A stretch of DNA of 38,412 nucleotides, from the NCBI GenBank assembly GCA_032718475.1, contig JAUCBJ010004106.1, positions 1 to 38,412 on the forward strand, written 5' to 3'. Below, one piece after another: positions 1 to 12,471 of this stretch. The notes below the pieces were generated by a model. It was not told where the DNA came from. It was given only the letters and a program-made list of their open reading frames with translations, and searched no databases. This DNA comes from Nemertoderma westbladi (taxonomy: Eukaryota; Animalia; Xenacoelomorpha). Both the position numbers and the translations under genes were made by a program. Position 1 is the first letter of the stretch. Each line of letters opens with the position of its first letter.

Positions 1-1289
1 TGGGGCGCCTAATACATTGGAAAATATTTAAAAATGATATGATTACTATAAATGGCTGTTTAGTCCTCTCTGCGTCGGAAAAAAATGAAAAAAAAACAAG
101 TAACCAGCACTTTTCAGTTAGAACACAAAATTTTTAATTCACTTATACGATGCTATAAATTCACATTTTCAGGCTTTCTACGGCGCTGATTCTAATAGAA
201 TACATTTCTAAAATGTCCCATCATTGCTACTTGTATTTTTCGACGTAATTTGGCAAATTTTGGTGCTAGGACCAAATTTCGTACCCATCACCAAAAAGTA
301 CAAGTTTTCGATGTCCAGTGCTGTTTTTATTGATTCCATCGGATTCAGGACCCTCATAAACCCGTATAACGCAATAAACAAGATGATACTATCTACTGAT
401 CAATTTGCTTATTTTCCAAAATTTGGTGCTGGCACAACAATTTTCACCCACCGGCGAAAAATCCAAGTTTGAAAACTCTCATGAAATTTTTACTGATTCC
501 ATTGAATTCAGAACCCTCACAAACCCGTATAACGCAAGAAACAAGGTGACTCAATCAATGTATATATTTGATGGTTTTCAAAATTTGGTGCTAGCACCAC
601 ATTTTGCACCCACTTCCGAAAAATACAAGTTTGAGATGCCTAGATCGAAAATTATATATTCCATTCATTTCAGAATAGCCATAAACCTCTAAAACGCAAG
701 AAATAAATTGTCACAAACAATTTTATCAATTGAATGGATTTTCAAAATTTTGTGCTAGCACCAAAATTTGCACCCACCACCGAAAAATACAAGTTTGATA
801 CGCTTGGTGCAACTCGTATATATTTCATCGAAACCAGAACCCCAAAAAACCCCAAATGCGTAAAAAACAAGTTTCACACAATCAATTTACAAAATTGACA
901 TATTTCAAAATTTGGTGCTGGCACCAAAAATTGTCACCCGCCGAAAAAAACAAGTTTGAAATTTCTAAATCAATTTATATGAATTCCATCCAATTTCTAA
1001 CACCAAAAAACCGGTGTAAATCAATAATAGAGATGTTACAATTCATATTTAATGAAATGTAATTTTCAAAAAACGTCTCAAAAAAAGTGCCAAAAGTAGG
1101 GTTAAAAAATGGTGCTATAACTCGAAAACTACCCAATATTTTTGAAAACGGTTTTAACTACTAGGAAGACAATAGATTTTTAGGAAAAGTCATAAAATTT
1201 CAGATTCCCAACTGCGTTTGTTTCAGAATTATAATAAAAAAACCACGGGGAGGGTCATATTGACCCCCCCCCCCCCGGGTTTAATAGGG
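1..1289 (-). mobile_element. Non-autonomous piggyBac-like element, copy 1 (cut by the window start)
   Basis: Ends ...CCCGGGTTTAATAGGG followed by TTAA (1290-1293). It is the reverse complement of about 15796-17082. It has internal ~163-bp subrepeats and no transposase. Confidence 0.85.
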
Positions 1290-1465
1290 TTAAGGAAGTA
1301 CGTAATTAACATACCGTTGCAGATTATGTAATAGTGATATATTGTTACAGGACAAACAGATGGGAAAAGGTGAAAGTATAATATCTAGTTGTTTAGTAGG
1401 GATATTGGTTTTGGGTTGTTGATGAAACTTTTCCTGTTAAGGCAAAATAATTTTTTGTTTGTCGA

Positions 1466-1612
1466 ATTATTAAATTAATAATTGCTAACAACATTTATTT
1501 AATAATTAAATTAATAATTGCTAATAACATTTATTTAATAATTAAATTAATAATTGCTAATAACATTTTTATTTAATAATTAAATTAATAATTGCTAATA
1601 ACCTTTATTTAA
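1466..1612. repeat. AT-rich minisatellite, about 4 units of ~36-38 bp
   Basis: Repeated AATTAAATTAATAATTGCTAATAACATTTATTTAAT. Confidence 0.85.
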
Positions 1613-1735
1613 AAGAGATATCCTTCCCTATAAATCTCTCTCTATTTCTCTTTTTCCCAATTCCCCACACGACTGCTTCTCAGTTGAGCGAATTCTACAC
1701 AGAGCGAAAATCAGAGTGAAAAATCAATACCTAAT

Positions 1736-1822
1736 GGGGCTCGAACCCGGCACCTAGGTTTCAAACTTTTGGTTATCTTCAGCCGGGTGTATGCGTCCTA
1801 AAATAACTGAGCTACCAGGACG
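1736..1822 (-). repeat. tRNA-derived (SINE-head-like) sequence
   Basis: The minus strand reads GTCCTGGTAGCTCAGTT (A-box-like) ... GCCGGGTTCGAGCCCC (B box/T arm). I could not fold a clean cloverleaf. Confidence 0.5.
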
Positions 1823-2513
1823 GATGAAGAATTAGCTATGGAGTGGGATATCACACTTAGTCCAAACCACTCAAAGGAAAGTGCAACGTTATTCCTGTAA
1901 GTTTGAAACCTAGGAACCGGATTCGAGCCCCTATAGGGTTGGTTGATATTTTTCACTATGGAGAGCATTATCATCATATTGCCCTAATAAATTATATTCT
2001 TAATTCACCGCCACCCACCCTACAACAATTAATTTATTATTATTAATAATAAAGTTAATATAAACAAGCGCGAAATCGCTCAAAGGTCCGCGCTAACTAA
2101 CGCACGAAGTGTCTCATTGAATGAGTGGCTTACTAACAATCTTACTACCAAAAAAATCACCACCCGAAAGTGGGATTGAACTCTTAGAGATTCCAAGTCC
2201 AACGCTGACTGTTCGCGGTATTTCAATTTTTATTAACGCGAGTTGAATATTTTTTGGATTTATTTGAAATGAATATTCCAATATCAATACTGGGTGCGGG
2301 AACATGGAATTTGGGCACATTCAATGGACTGGGGGCGATTTACGGGTGAATATTGGGGCACTTACGGGGTACGGGACTCATGTCAGATATTTAAGGGCCA
2401 GGGGTGGGAGGCAAAGTTAAGCAGTACTCAGGTTTGCCTGAATACTATTAGGCCTAGCCAACTTCCTGCTGCCTGTAGATTTGGTAACTCGCTAGGCCTA
2501 GGGACAAGGGCTG

Positions 2514-3230
2514 CCCTTAGCGGTCCCTGGCCAACAGCAGTTATTACTAGCCTGAATAAGGACTCGGAAAGTCTGCTGCTTGTGTCAGGGATTTGCGACG
2601 GGAACCGACAGACAGATCCTTAGCGGTCCCTGGTCACCGGCAGTTATTACGAGCCTGAATAAGGACTCGGAACGCTTGCCTACTACGCCAGGGACTTGCG
2701 ACGGGTCGACCGACTAATGGAGGAAGGGTTCGACGAGGACTGCCTTCCTGGAGTGGGTTCCACGGCCGGCGTTAGTACGAGCCTGAATAAGGACTCGGAA
2801 AACTACCAACCGCTGGGACTCACGACGGGCTGACAGACCCCTTGCCAAGCCATACCGCTTTCCTGATGACCGATCCCTTCGGGGTTCGGGAAGGGTGGGA
2901 CGGACACGCAATGGGGTCGAAAGACAAAGGATCGGACTCCACTGGCCTACCGACTGTTCGGAGCAGCTTCGCGGCTACCGAAGCGACTACGAGCCTGAAA
3001 AGGATTCGGAAAGCTTAGGTGGTTGGGTCCCTGTGATGAACCGATGGACCCCTAGCCAAGCCGTACTGCTTTACTGATGACCGATCCCTTCGGGGTTCGG
3101 GAAGGGTGGGACGGACACGCAAACGGGTCCACCGACTCGACAGACCCCTAGCCAAGCCGTACCGCTTTCCTGATGACCGATCCCTTCAGGGTTCGGGAAG
3201 GGTGGGACAGACACGCAACAGGGTCGACCG
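2514..3230 (+). repeat. GC-rich array of two interleaved hairpin-forming repeat units
   Basis: Unit A core GCCTGAATAAGGACTCGGAA occurs at 2550, 2653, 2781 and 2993 (variant). Unit B core CTGATGACCGATCCCTTCGGGGTTCGGGAAGGGTGGGAC occurs at 2863, 3074 and 3170. Confidence 0.85.
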
Positions 3231-3874
3231 ACACCGACACTACGGTACCGAGACTAGGACCGAAGGAAAATGGGGAACATTAGTTAGGTTAAAATCTAAA
3301 GCAAACAGTGGGTAATTAAATATTGTACTGTAGGAATTTATATTGTCGCACATTATTGTGAATATTTGGTGTATTTGATGTGGGGAAGCCCAACTTATTC
3401 TCAATCAAGATTCAATGTTGACCAAGATTCAACTGTAGGAAAGTTACATTAAAAGATTATATCCAACCAATGCAACATTTTCTCAACCGCAATCTTGCAT
3501 TTAAGAAAGTACTCCTTATCCACTCCCAATATCCGGTGACTGGCCGGAATTCTGTGGTTTAAAAGTTCCGCCTCCAGCATCGGCGTTTTCCCCCATGGTG
3601 TCGGGAATAACGGCAACACTGACCTAATAATAAGACTATACAATTGCCAATACAACGACAAACAATTGACGACTGGTGTGAAAAAAGTGCAAAGCTCTAC
3701 TGAAAAGGTAAAATAGAAAAAGATTATGTGAAATGAAAATTGCAACTTTCACATTTTATTTTTAAAATTTCAAAAAATTATAGCTAGTAAAAAATACTAG
3801 CTACCATGAAAAAATATATCTACTAATGTTCTAGAACATTCAACAATCCAAAAAGCACTAAACAGTTGCTATCT

Positions 3875-4115
3875 GGAACCGGACAATTCGGTCCCGGACA
3901 ATTCGGTTCTAGGACAATTCGGTACTAGGACAATTCGGTCCCGAACAATTCGTTGACTAGGACAGGACTTATGACTATTGACTAATAGGACTAGGACAAC
4001 TACATGTAGGACAATTCTATATATTTAGTGTTTTGGGACCAAATTGTCCGGAACCGAATTGTCCGCACCGAATTCTCCGGGACCGAATTGTGCGGGACCG
4101 AATTGTCCTACATTC
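3875..4115. mobile_element. Foldback/MITE-like element with tandem 15-16-bp subterminal repeats
   Basis: Five GGACAATTCGGTCCC-type units at 3881-3952 face five inverted GGGACCGAATTGTCC-type units at 4035-4108. No TSD identified. Confidence 0.7.
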
Positions 4116-5995
4116 AAAATTTGCTTGTCTCTGAAATCCTTTGTGGGCATTTTAGAGCGGTAATTTAAGAGAATTTTAAATTTAGTGCTAAAAACAGTAC
4201 TTTTTGGGACTGTTTGTGTATAAAATCGGCCTTTGTTTTTTTTTTCTCGTAAAATTTAAGTCAAAATTGCTCAATAGCATTGGATGCAACCATGAAATGA
4301 ACCGGATTACAAATTTGAACTCAATAAATTCAAAACTGTTCAAGAAGTATTCGTTGTGACAAAAAGGGGCCTTTTGCAGCCATTTTCGCGTGACATTTTG
4401 GGGCTTTTAAAAAAAAATGGATTAACCATAACCATTCCTAAATAACAACCAGACAATGCTTGGAAGCACTAAGCTCAATTTTCACTCAACTTTAAGCCGT
4501 GGAAACATCACATTTTTATATTGTAAATGATGGTTAGTTAAACATTTTCGACCAATATTCAGTGTGAAATACATCGCGATATTAGGAGCAATTCATCGTT
4601 TGACCAAATTATCTCTCGAAATATCTAGGATTTGCGGATTTATTAGGTTTATTAGGATTTACTAGATTTATTGCGGGTTTCATAGACGCATTGTGCACCA
4701 ACTAAAACCGACTCGAAATAAGTGAGTGGTACTCACTTCTAGTTTTGCCGGATTAGGATTCATTTAGTGGATTTAAAATATTTAAATTTATTTTATTTAG
4801 TACATAAGTTAGATTGAAAAGAAATCTGTCATTATCATTTTTTGTTGTGTAAGACTACATTGTTTCATGTTCTGTCCTTAGTAACTGTTACTGTAGTAAC
4901 TGTTATTCCTGGAGACCGTGGCTTAGGGGTAGTCTACATGTGGACCCGTTGGTAAAAAGTTATTATTATTATCTTCTGTAAGTAATAATTATTTTTTCCT
5001 AAAATTACACCAAAAGACATCAATCTACTGTATATTTAGGTGCGACTGACATTCTGACAGATTCTGAGCTTCTGAGAAATAATGTGTGACTTTGATTGAT
5101 TGTGATATAATTTTGAAAACATATCAGTAAACAATGAATTAGACACAAAAATTACTATAAAAACGCATTTTGCCATCCCTTGTGACTACTGAAATCGTGA
5201 ATGATTTCAGATAAATCGAATTGATAAATTACTATTCATTCAAATTAACATTTTTGCTAACGTTTTCCTTTGAACATTACACTTTAAACATTTTTCTTAA
5301 ACACTTTAAACAGTATTTTAAACATTCTATGGGACATTGTGTATATCTCGGCGCGGCTTTAAGTAATTTAATTATACAAAAAATAAAGTAACAAAATAAA
5401 ATTTACTTCCGCAAGAATCAGCGCTGTGATTAAAATAATTAAAATATTATTAAAAATACAATAATACGATACTATTATGAGCGCTTAATACACTCATAAT
5501 TAACGTACCAATCCAATGCACTATCATTGTTAAAATTGGATGGAAAGCAGCCAAGTCAGATAACCAATATTATCAACTCACCTGCATCCTATTGGTGAAG
5601 GTGAGTTGATTTCTTCCCCCTCCTGGCTATCTGCATAGTAACCGAGTCGAGGTATATTAAATGCAACTCCTTGCTTATCCCACCCACTACTGGTTCACCC
5701 CAAGTTTAATATTTACATGTTCTGGAATGAATATTTACGAGGTTGGCTTCTGCTATACATTGCCTACCATTTAAGAGCCCTCTAGTTTATTTAAATGGCA
5801 TTCTCTAATCAGGCAAGGTCTATCTGTCTATTAATGGTGCTATATGTGAGATAAAAATATTTATTGAACAGCCAGAAATTAATAAATAAATTAGGTTGTT
5901 TTATCAGTGAGATAATAATACTGTAACTTACAGTGTGTGCTTATGTCCTAAGATTTACATGAAATTAAATATAAATAAAGTTATTTTTTAAACAG

Positions 5996-6664
5996 GGTCA
6001 ACAAATACAAGAACAGGTTGCAGCGTTGGAAGAACTGATAAAAGAACAGTTTACAGAGTTGAAAAAACAGAATACAGAGTTGAAAGACCAGTTTACAGTG
6101 TTAAAACTATATAATTATAAGCAAATAGTAATAGCGCCTATCCTAAAGCTAAAGCATAATAATAGTGATGGAGTAATGATTCAGCAAAGAGTTGATGGAT
6201 CTGTTGACTTCTATCGAAACTGGGATGAATATGTTAGAGGATTTGGTGACCCGAAAACAAACTTCTGGTTGGGGTTAGAGACGATCCACGAGCTGAGTTA
6301 CAGCGGGGTGAAATTGAGAGTCGATTTGTGGTACAACAACAAACACCTATACGCGGAATACAACAACTTCTCTATCAGATCAGCTTCAACTAATTACACC
6401 CTACATGTATCCGGTTACCATGGTACTGCTGGTGACGGATTGGAGAGGCACAACGGTCTCCCATTCTCTACCAAGGACCGAGATAACGACCCCGCTAACT
6501 CGCGCAACTGCGCCATAGAACGTACTGGGGCGTGGTGGTATAAGAACTGCGCGGACAGTAACTTGAACGGAGAATATGGTGGGGAGTGGGCGAAAGGACC
6601 TTATTGGTTTGATTTTACTTTAATGATTTCGGCTTCTCGAGTTGAAATGAAGATTTGGATTTAG
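5996..6664 (+). CDS. Terminal exon of a fibrinogen-related-domain (FReD; ficolin/angiopoietin-like) protein
   Basis: FReD motifs IQQRVDGSVDFYRNWDEY, GFG..NFWLGLE, FSTKDRDND, NCA..GAWWYKNC..SNLNG, EMKI, preceded by a short coiled coil. A splice acceptor TTTTTTAAACAG ends at 5995, in frame with the ORF; the listed start is a TTG. Confidence 0.9.
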   Translation, partial: GQQIQEQVAALEELIKEQFTELKKQNTELKDQFTVLKLYNYKQIVIAPILKLKHNNSDGVMIQQRVDGSVDFYRNWDEYVRGFGDPKTNFWLGLETIHELSYSGVKLRVDLWYNNKHLYAEYNNFSIRSASTNYTLHVSGYHGTAGDGLERHNGLPFSTKDRDNDPANSRNCAIERTGAWWYKNCADSNLNGEYGGEWAKGPYWFDFTLMISASRVEMKIWI

Positions 6665-7739
6665 TAAAACTGTAAGTTTTATATAAAATTACTAAATAAT
6701 TTCAATAGTTCGCGTTGGAAACTAACTTTTACATTTAATTATTAAAAATATTAATAATATTTATATAATATAAAAAATTAATTATAAAAAATAATAATAC
6801 AGTATATAATAATAATAAATTTTAATATATAATATTATAAATACTATAATATAAATGTAATATATATATTATAAACAATAATAATAGAAAATAAAGAATA
6901 TTGAATTAACATAAAATTATTGCTCTATTCGAGTGCAAAATCTCGAATGTTGAAACACCTTGGGTACATTTACACAATGGAAACTGATGTGAATTTGAAT
7001 TATAAGAAAAGAGATAAGACAATACAGTACATTATAAAATACAATACATAAAAAGAAAGCTATGGGGGGGGGGGGGGGGGTGTAAGTACCGTCGGGTAGA
7101 GGGTGGGGGTGGGGGTTAAGCACTGGTTGACGCTACATACTGTGGACGTAAGTGCCATACAATACCCACGTTCTGGGGACCTTTCGTCCCCAGAACGTTC
7201 GGACTGGAAATTCGAAATCTTCATTGCCAAATTAGTCTTAATATGAAATTTCACCGCATTTAGGATCAGTCCCCACTTTGTTTGTGTTAAGCCGCACTCG
7301 TATGTGTTCGGTGTGTATGGGGTGTAAATATTGATGTCCCCACTACTAACGCAGTGATAATTATACACACATTATCTACGTCATTTTGTGACGTCACAAT
7401 GTCCCCAGTGAGCTTAATTTTTACGACCCCGGTTTGTGGTTGAAATTAAGTATGTTATGTGTCATGTTCAATTATTTAAGGATTAGTTAGTCAGGTCTGT
7501 CTTTGAGACAATGCAGCTCAGGCAATCCCTAGATAACGTTTTTTTTATTATTTTTATACTCTCGTAAATAATTGTAAAAGTTAATATTTCCTTATGAGTT
7601 ACCTAAGCCCCCATTGTGGTGCAACTTTCCTCAGTTACTATAACAATGGATTTTCACTTAGTCGATAGTGCTAAACAATCCCGCATGCACTATGCATACA
7701 GTACAAGCATGTAGCAATTTTTTTAAAATATATGTGGAC

Positions 7740-8440
7740 AACTACTACTACTAACTACTACTACTACTACTAAGTCGAGCGAACTCGGACAGTGGAAATG
7801 AGATCCTTCCAGGCTTCCCGATTCTCCATAGTTGTCGCAATTTCGTTTCTCCCAAGTTCAGTATCCCTTTCAAGTTGATCTATATATGTTATGGCCGGTC
7901 GTCCACGACTACGCTTTCCATGAGTTGGTTGCCAGAAAAGTAGATCTGGTATGACCTCGTCTTTACTTCGCCAACAGTGCCCACTGAATCTTAATCTGCG
8001 TTCATGGATGGTGGTTGATACATGTGGTATTGTACCATAAAGCTCGGCGTTTGTCATGTGTTGTCTCCAGCTGATGTTTAGGGCTGCCCTTATTAGTCTT
8101 GTGTAGCAACCATCAATTCGGTGTTTGGGTGATATCGCCAGTGTCTAGGTCTCAATAAAATCAAAATACACTTTCCACTGTAGCTCGAAAGAACTTAGTC
8201 TTCAGGTGCCTGGAGAGATCTGATTTCCAGATGGTATCCATTTTTGATAGAGCTACCCAAGCCTTTGCTTTCCTAACTTCTATGTCCTTTTTGCTACTCT
8301 CTATCCATGATCCAAGGTACTGGAAGTCATCGACCATCCTTAGTTGTTTATTATCAATGGTTGTCAAGTTTCCATCAACATTAAAGGTCATGAATTCGGT
8401 CTTGGTAGCATTTATGGGCAATCCAACCTTCTGGTATTCC
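7740..8440 (-). pseudogene. 3' fragment of an RTE-type LINE (RT C-terminus) with (TAG)n tail
   Basis: Motifs VDDFQYLGSWI, FFRATVES, RRLRFSGHCWR and RGRP, with an internal deletion. The (CTA)n run at 7740-7772 directly abuts the stop codon. Confidence 0.85.
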
Positions 8441-8647
8441 ATTAGCTCTTAGTATTTCAAGCATTCTTTATTGTAGTTCTTCATTAAATATCACCAACTA
8501 CCCTTATTGGTGCATTTGACTTATTTAGGAGTTATTGGTTAGTACATTGTCCGCAAAGTAGTTGAGATAACTTTATTGTTGAGGTATATAAGATGACTAG
8601 TTGAGAAAAGAAGTCAGAAAATAATATACATCGCAAACCACAAAACC

Positions 8648-9024
8648 ACTATCGGCTATGAGGCGCCCCTTTGTACAACTTTTCCGACCAGATACCTCAT
8701 TTACAGTTTGCCAGGTAAGTCTTGATTGTTACTGTATGTCAGCAATTGTAATTGCTTCAATTGTATCCTGTATATACTTTTCCTGCCTGATGTTGTAGGC
8801 CAATTTAAGATCGCCCTTTGCATTCTCAACCTTGTTAGTGTTGTCGGTTGTTGGTTGTTGGGTTTTTACTTTGTAGCCTATCTTAAGATCTTCTCTCTTA
8901 CAAGTAACCTCAGAGTTTTGCCATGGCACATACTGTTTTCGTTTGGGTTTCTGAGGGATATGCCTCTTAACTGATTCCTTGTGGGCTTTTATTATATTGT
9001 GGTATATTGAATTGGTGGACTGTC
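8648..9024 (-). pseudogene. RTE-type LINE fragment (family A, EN-RT linker)
   Basis: Diverged reverse complement of about 14290-14660 (HKESxKRHIPQKPK, DLKLAYNI). Confidence 0.8.
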
Positions 9025-9029
9025 CTTTA

Positions 9030-9258
9030 CGCACATCTGGGGACATTGGTTTTTGTATAGATGAGATAGGCTCTACGTGCACCATGTCCTGGAATATAGT
9101 GTCGTTATTCAGGCACCTGCCCCCCCCCCCCCCCCAGGGTTTTTTCTAATTATGTTAGTGAAATTTATAAATGAATCTTATTTAGAATTTGGTCACATAG
9201 AGACTGACCAATTTGCGCGGCAAGGTTTCAAACTTTACATGCATTTTACTCAGAATTT
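9030..9258 (-). mobile_element. End of a TA-flanked non-autonomous repeat (copy 1 of 3)
   Basis: TA|CGCACATCTGGGGACATT terminus plus a poly-C tract. The same sequence is inverted at 13780-14034 and 18681-18943. Superfamily not determined. Confidence 0.65.
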
Positions 9259-10021
9259 TATATGTTTGTATGTAGTCTACATTTGTGTAAACTCATAAAC
9301 TGACTTCGTAAATAACCAGTTATGTGCAATATACGATCATTTATTTTATTTTAGATTTTAAGTATTTTTAATATGAAAATAATGTTTTTGTAAAAATTAA
9401 TAATTATAAATTCCGTCGGATATTTAAAAAAGAAACAAATCGGTTCGTACGGTAAATAAATCGTTATAAAACTTAAGGGATGTTACCCTTCAAAGCGATC
9501 ATACTTAGTAACCAGCAACGTTGGCATTCAGATTCACCTCGGCAGGCAGTTCAGCTCGTGTTGTGGGTCCGTCGTTAGTATCAAAGGCAGTGACACGTTT
9601 ACTTTCTGTACTACATAGGGTGGAAACTATAGGGCCTACTCTTGTAATTTGATATAACCGGACCTGTAATATAGTCTGCCAGTATACTATAATAGGCCTA
9701 CCTCGTAATATTAATTTTATTGATAATATCAATAATCAATGCCTCGTGAAAAATAATAGGCATCCAAGACACGTTCGTGGGGCCTTCGCGCAGCACGAGG
9801 CCCAGTTATTAGATACAAATTAAAATTGTGCGACTGTATCACAAAATCAGGTTATGAGAAATTTACCCACACCACCAATCAATCAAAGAAAGGGGGACAG
9901 TACGTGTTCACCCCTTTTAATCTCCCCACCCCCCCCCCCCCCCTTCCCAACCACCAATACATAACCGCGACATCTACCACCCACGGAAGGGTAGCACGAA
10001 CTTATTTCCAATCGCACGTTA

Positions 10022-10331
10022 AATATGCAAAGCCAGGTGGTTTATAGGAATATAATAAACGCAGTACTCGTTTTCATTATAAGCCTCTTTGCGTTCGTCC
10101 TGTTTTGTATTTAAATATATTTCTTAAACGCAGGCTAGGACGATCTTTATAATAATAATAACTAGGGATGCGATCAATATGTGAAGCCAGGTGGTTTATA
10201 TAACAATTTAGTCAACGCAGTACTCGTCTTCATTATATGCCTCGTTGCGCTCGTCGCTTGTCCTGTTTTGTCATAAAATATTTTTCCTAAACGCAGACTG
10301 ACGATCTTTATACAGTTATAACTATGCGAAG
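10022..10331. repeat. Tandem duplication, ~155-bp unit
   Basis: AAGCCAGGTGGTTTATA...ACGCAGTACTCGT...ACGATCTTTATA occurs twice, starting near 10022 and 10177. Confidence 0.75.
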
Positions 10332-11194
10332 TTTCGAAACTGTGCGAGTAACTGTTGATACATCTATGTGGAGATGTGTGATATGTATGGGTATTGAAAT
10401 AATATTAAATCAATGTACACTCTTAAAGCTGCAGCGAAAAAATGTAGCTAATTTCCTAGGTTACATATAAAATAATAATATTATTTTTAAGAACATTAAT
10501 TTTACTACTTTGCAAAAATTCAATTAAAAAATAACCAGACATATACATTGTGGAATAAACTATTTCAGAAGCCTACACAACAGCCATGCCATGGATTGTA
10601 TTTATGTTATTATATCTGTCATTTACCTGAGATAGCAATACAACACTTATAGTAGAGTCAATACAGGAAGGATGTTGGGATGTTGGATTTCAAGAATGAT
10701 GTCTGGGCTGGAATAGCAATACTGGTTGCCTATTACAGTACAATTCCTCTCTGGTTAGTCTACAGCCACAACTCCAAGCCAGCTAGCTCCACACCAGCAG
10801 AGACTTGACCAATAATCATTCCCAGCAAATGGCTGCCTTACACACACATCCTTCCATCGTACCAGCATGTTAGCCAATAAATTAGCAGTATTTAATGAGA
10901 ATCAATTTTTTATGACGTTTTAATTACTTTAGATCAATTAAAGACACAATTAATAAAGCAAATCACTTGAACTAATTAAAAACTATAATAGAATGGCGTA
11001 TGTGGATTACATCTGTATAATTTTTAAGTATAATTATTTAAATCTTATACTGTAAAACAATTAATTTCCTTTAAAAGGCAGGTTGAAAATGGTGTTTTTA
11101 CCGTAATCAACTTAATTAACTAATTAACTGCTATTATATTAGCTTCTCGAAGGCCACACGGAAATTCTACTTGGAAAATTTCTAAACTTTTGCC

Positions 11195-11408
11195 AAACAA
11201 CATGTGTACCAAGTTTGGATAGATTTCATCAAAGATTGGCTGAGTTATTAACGTTTAAAATTGGACGTGACAGAACGACAGAACGACAGAACGACAGGTT
11301 GATTAATGGTACCACTACGCTAAGGCTCACTCACTTCGTGGCTCGCCCCACATTTTGATTAATGGTACCACTACGCTAAGGCTCACTCACTTTGTGGCTC
11401 GCCCCACA
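11195..11408 (+). mobile_element. Helentron/HINE (DINE-1-like) non-autonomous element end
   Basis: CATGTGTACCAAGTTTGG core, then a (GACAGAAC)n microsatellite, then a ~54-bp end unit (TTGATTAATGGTACC...GGCTCGCCCCACA) duplicated at 11299 and 11355. The family call rests on architecture only. Confidence 0.45.
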
Positions 11409-12471
11409 ATACTGATAATGCCACGTGAATTCATGTCGTAAAGAATCTGCCACGTGAAAGTTCCACCCCTGTTTGGACTCAGACGGTAACCTGGTGTTCT
11501 GCACTATCGCCAAGTTCCAATAGTGTGAAGCTGCACCAAGTTTATTACGACATTTCACGACGTTTAAAGATTTTCTGTGACCTTTTTTATAACATGAAAT
11601 ATATTTTTTCAGTGTATTTTTAGCGTAACGAAACGACTAAAAGTACAAATTTAGTGCATATTATTATGACCTACATGTCAAACTTTCATGTGATTAGATT
11701 CAAAACTGTAAAAGCCTTAGGGTTTTAAGCGTAACCAATTTTTTTTTTTTAACTAGTATTAACTAATATTAAATAGCGAAAATTTTTTTATTCTGACCTG
11801 TCAAGTAGAATAGCATCTTAGGAACCTAAGAAGGGTACATATTATTATATTATTAAATTCTGATTCATGTCGGCAACTGGTGAACTGCCGGTGGAACCGG
11901 AGCTAAGTATACTTTTAAATAAAATAACGGTCAACATAGATCATTTACGTGCGTGCGGAGAGAAACAAAGGGCTGTTGAAATCGAGGACCGGGTCAAAGC
12001 CCAGTGTCAATCTCGACAGACCCGTTCCAGATCGGTATATATATCAATTATATACATTGACTTCTGTATTGCTACATTAATTAATTAACCCAACTTCATT
12101 AAATTATAATAATTATTAAAGTAAACATACCGTAGTCATTATATTTTACTTATATATTTAATAATTACACCATTATTTTTATTATCTTCAAAGCATTCAT
12201 ACAACAGTCAGATGACTTACAGGCAGGCCGGTACATGGATGTGTAGGCCTACAATGAAATAATAATTTCTTAGTATAAATTATAATTCTAAGATATATTG
12301 AACAAAAATTGAAAATAATAAAACTGAAACTCAAATTCAAATTCACGTTGTACTGTATGATGCGTGCATTATTGGTGCATCTGTGGAGAAATAAATATTT
12401 ATAAAGCACACTGAAAGCACATAGCAAACAGTGTGACATGGTTGCTCTGGCAATGGAATATAACATCGACA

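Noticed and set aside
224-1062. Short ORFs here and the 170-aa ORF at 16394-16906
   Set aside because: They are translations of the ~163-bp subrepeats of the non-autonomous element and carry no protein motifs.
1736-1822. Functional tRNA gene
   Set aside because: A and B boxes are present but there is no convincing acceptor or anticodon stem.
2550-3230. CRISPR-like repeat/spacer appearance
   Set aside because: Spacing is irregular, spacers are related to each other, no cas genes are present and the context is eukaryotic.
5572-5610. 12-bp hairpin ATCAACTCACCT/AGGTGAGTTGAT
   Set aside because: Isolated, with nothing linking it to a function or element.
7168-7198. 13-bp hairpin ACGTTCTGGGGAC/GTCCCCAGAACGT
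   Set aside because: Probably a relative of the CTGGGGAC repeat terminus, but element boundaries could not be defined.
9505-12088. Possible host exons at 9505-9663 (-) and 11867-12034 (+)
   Set aside because: Composition is protein-like but there is no recognisable motif and no consistent splice chain.
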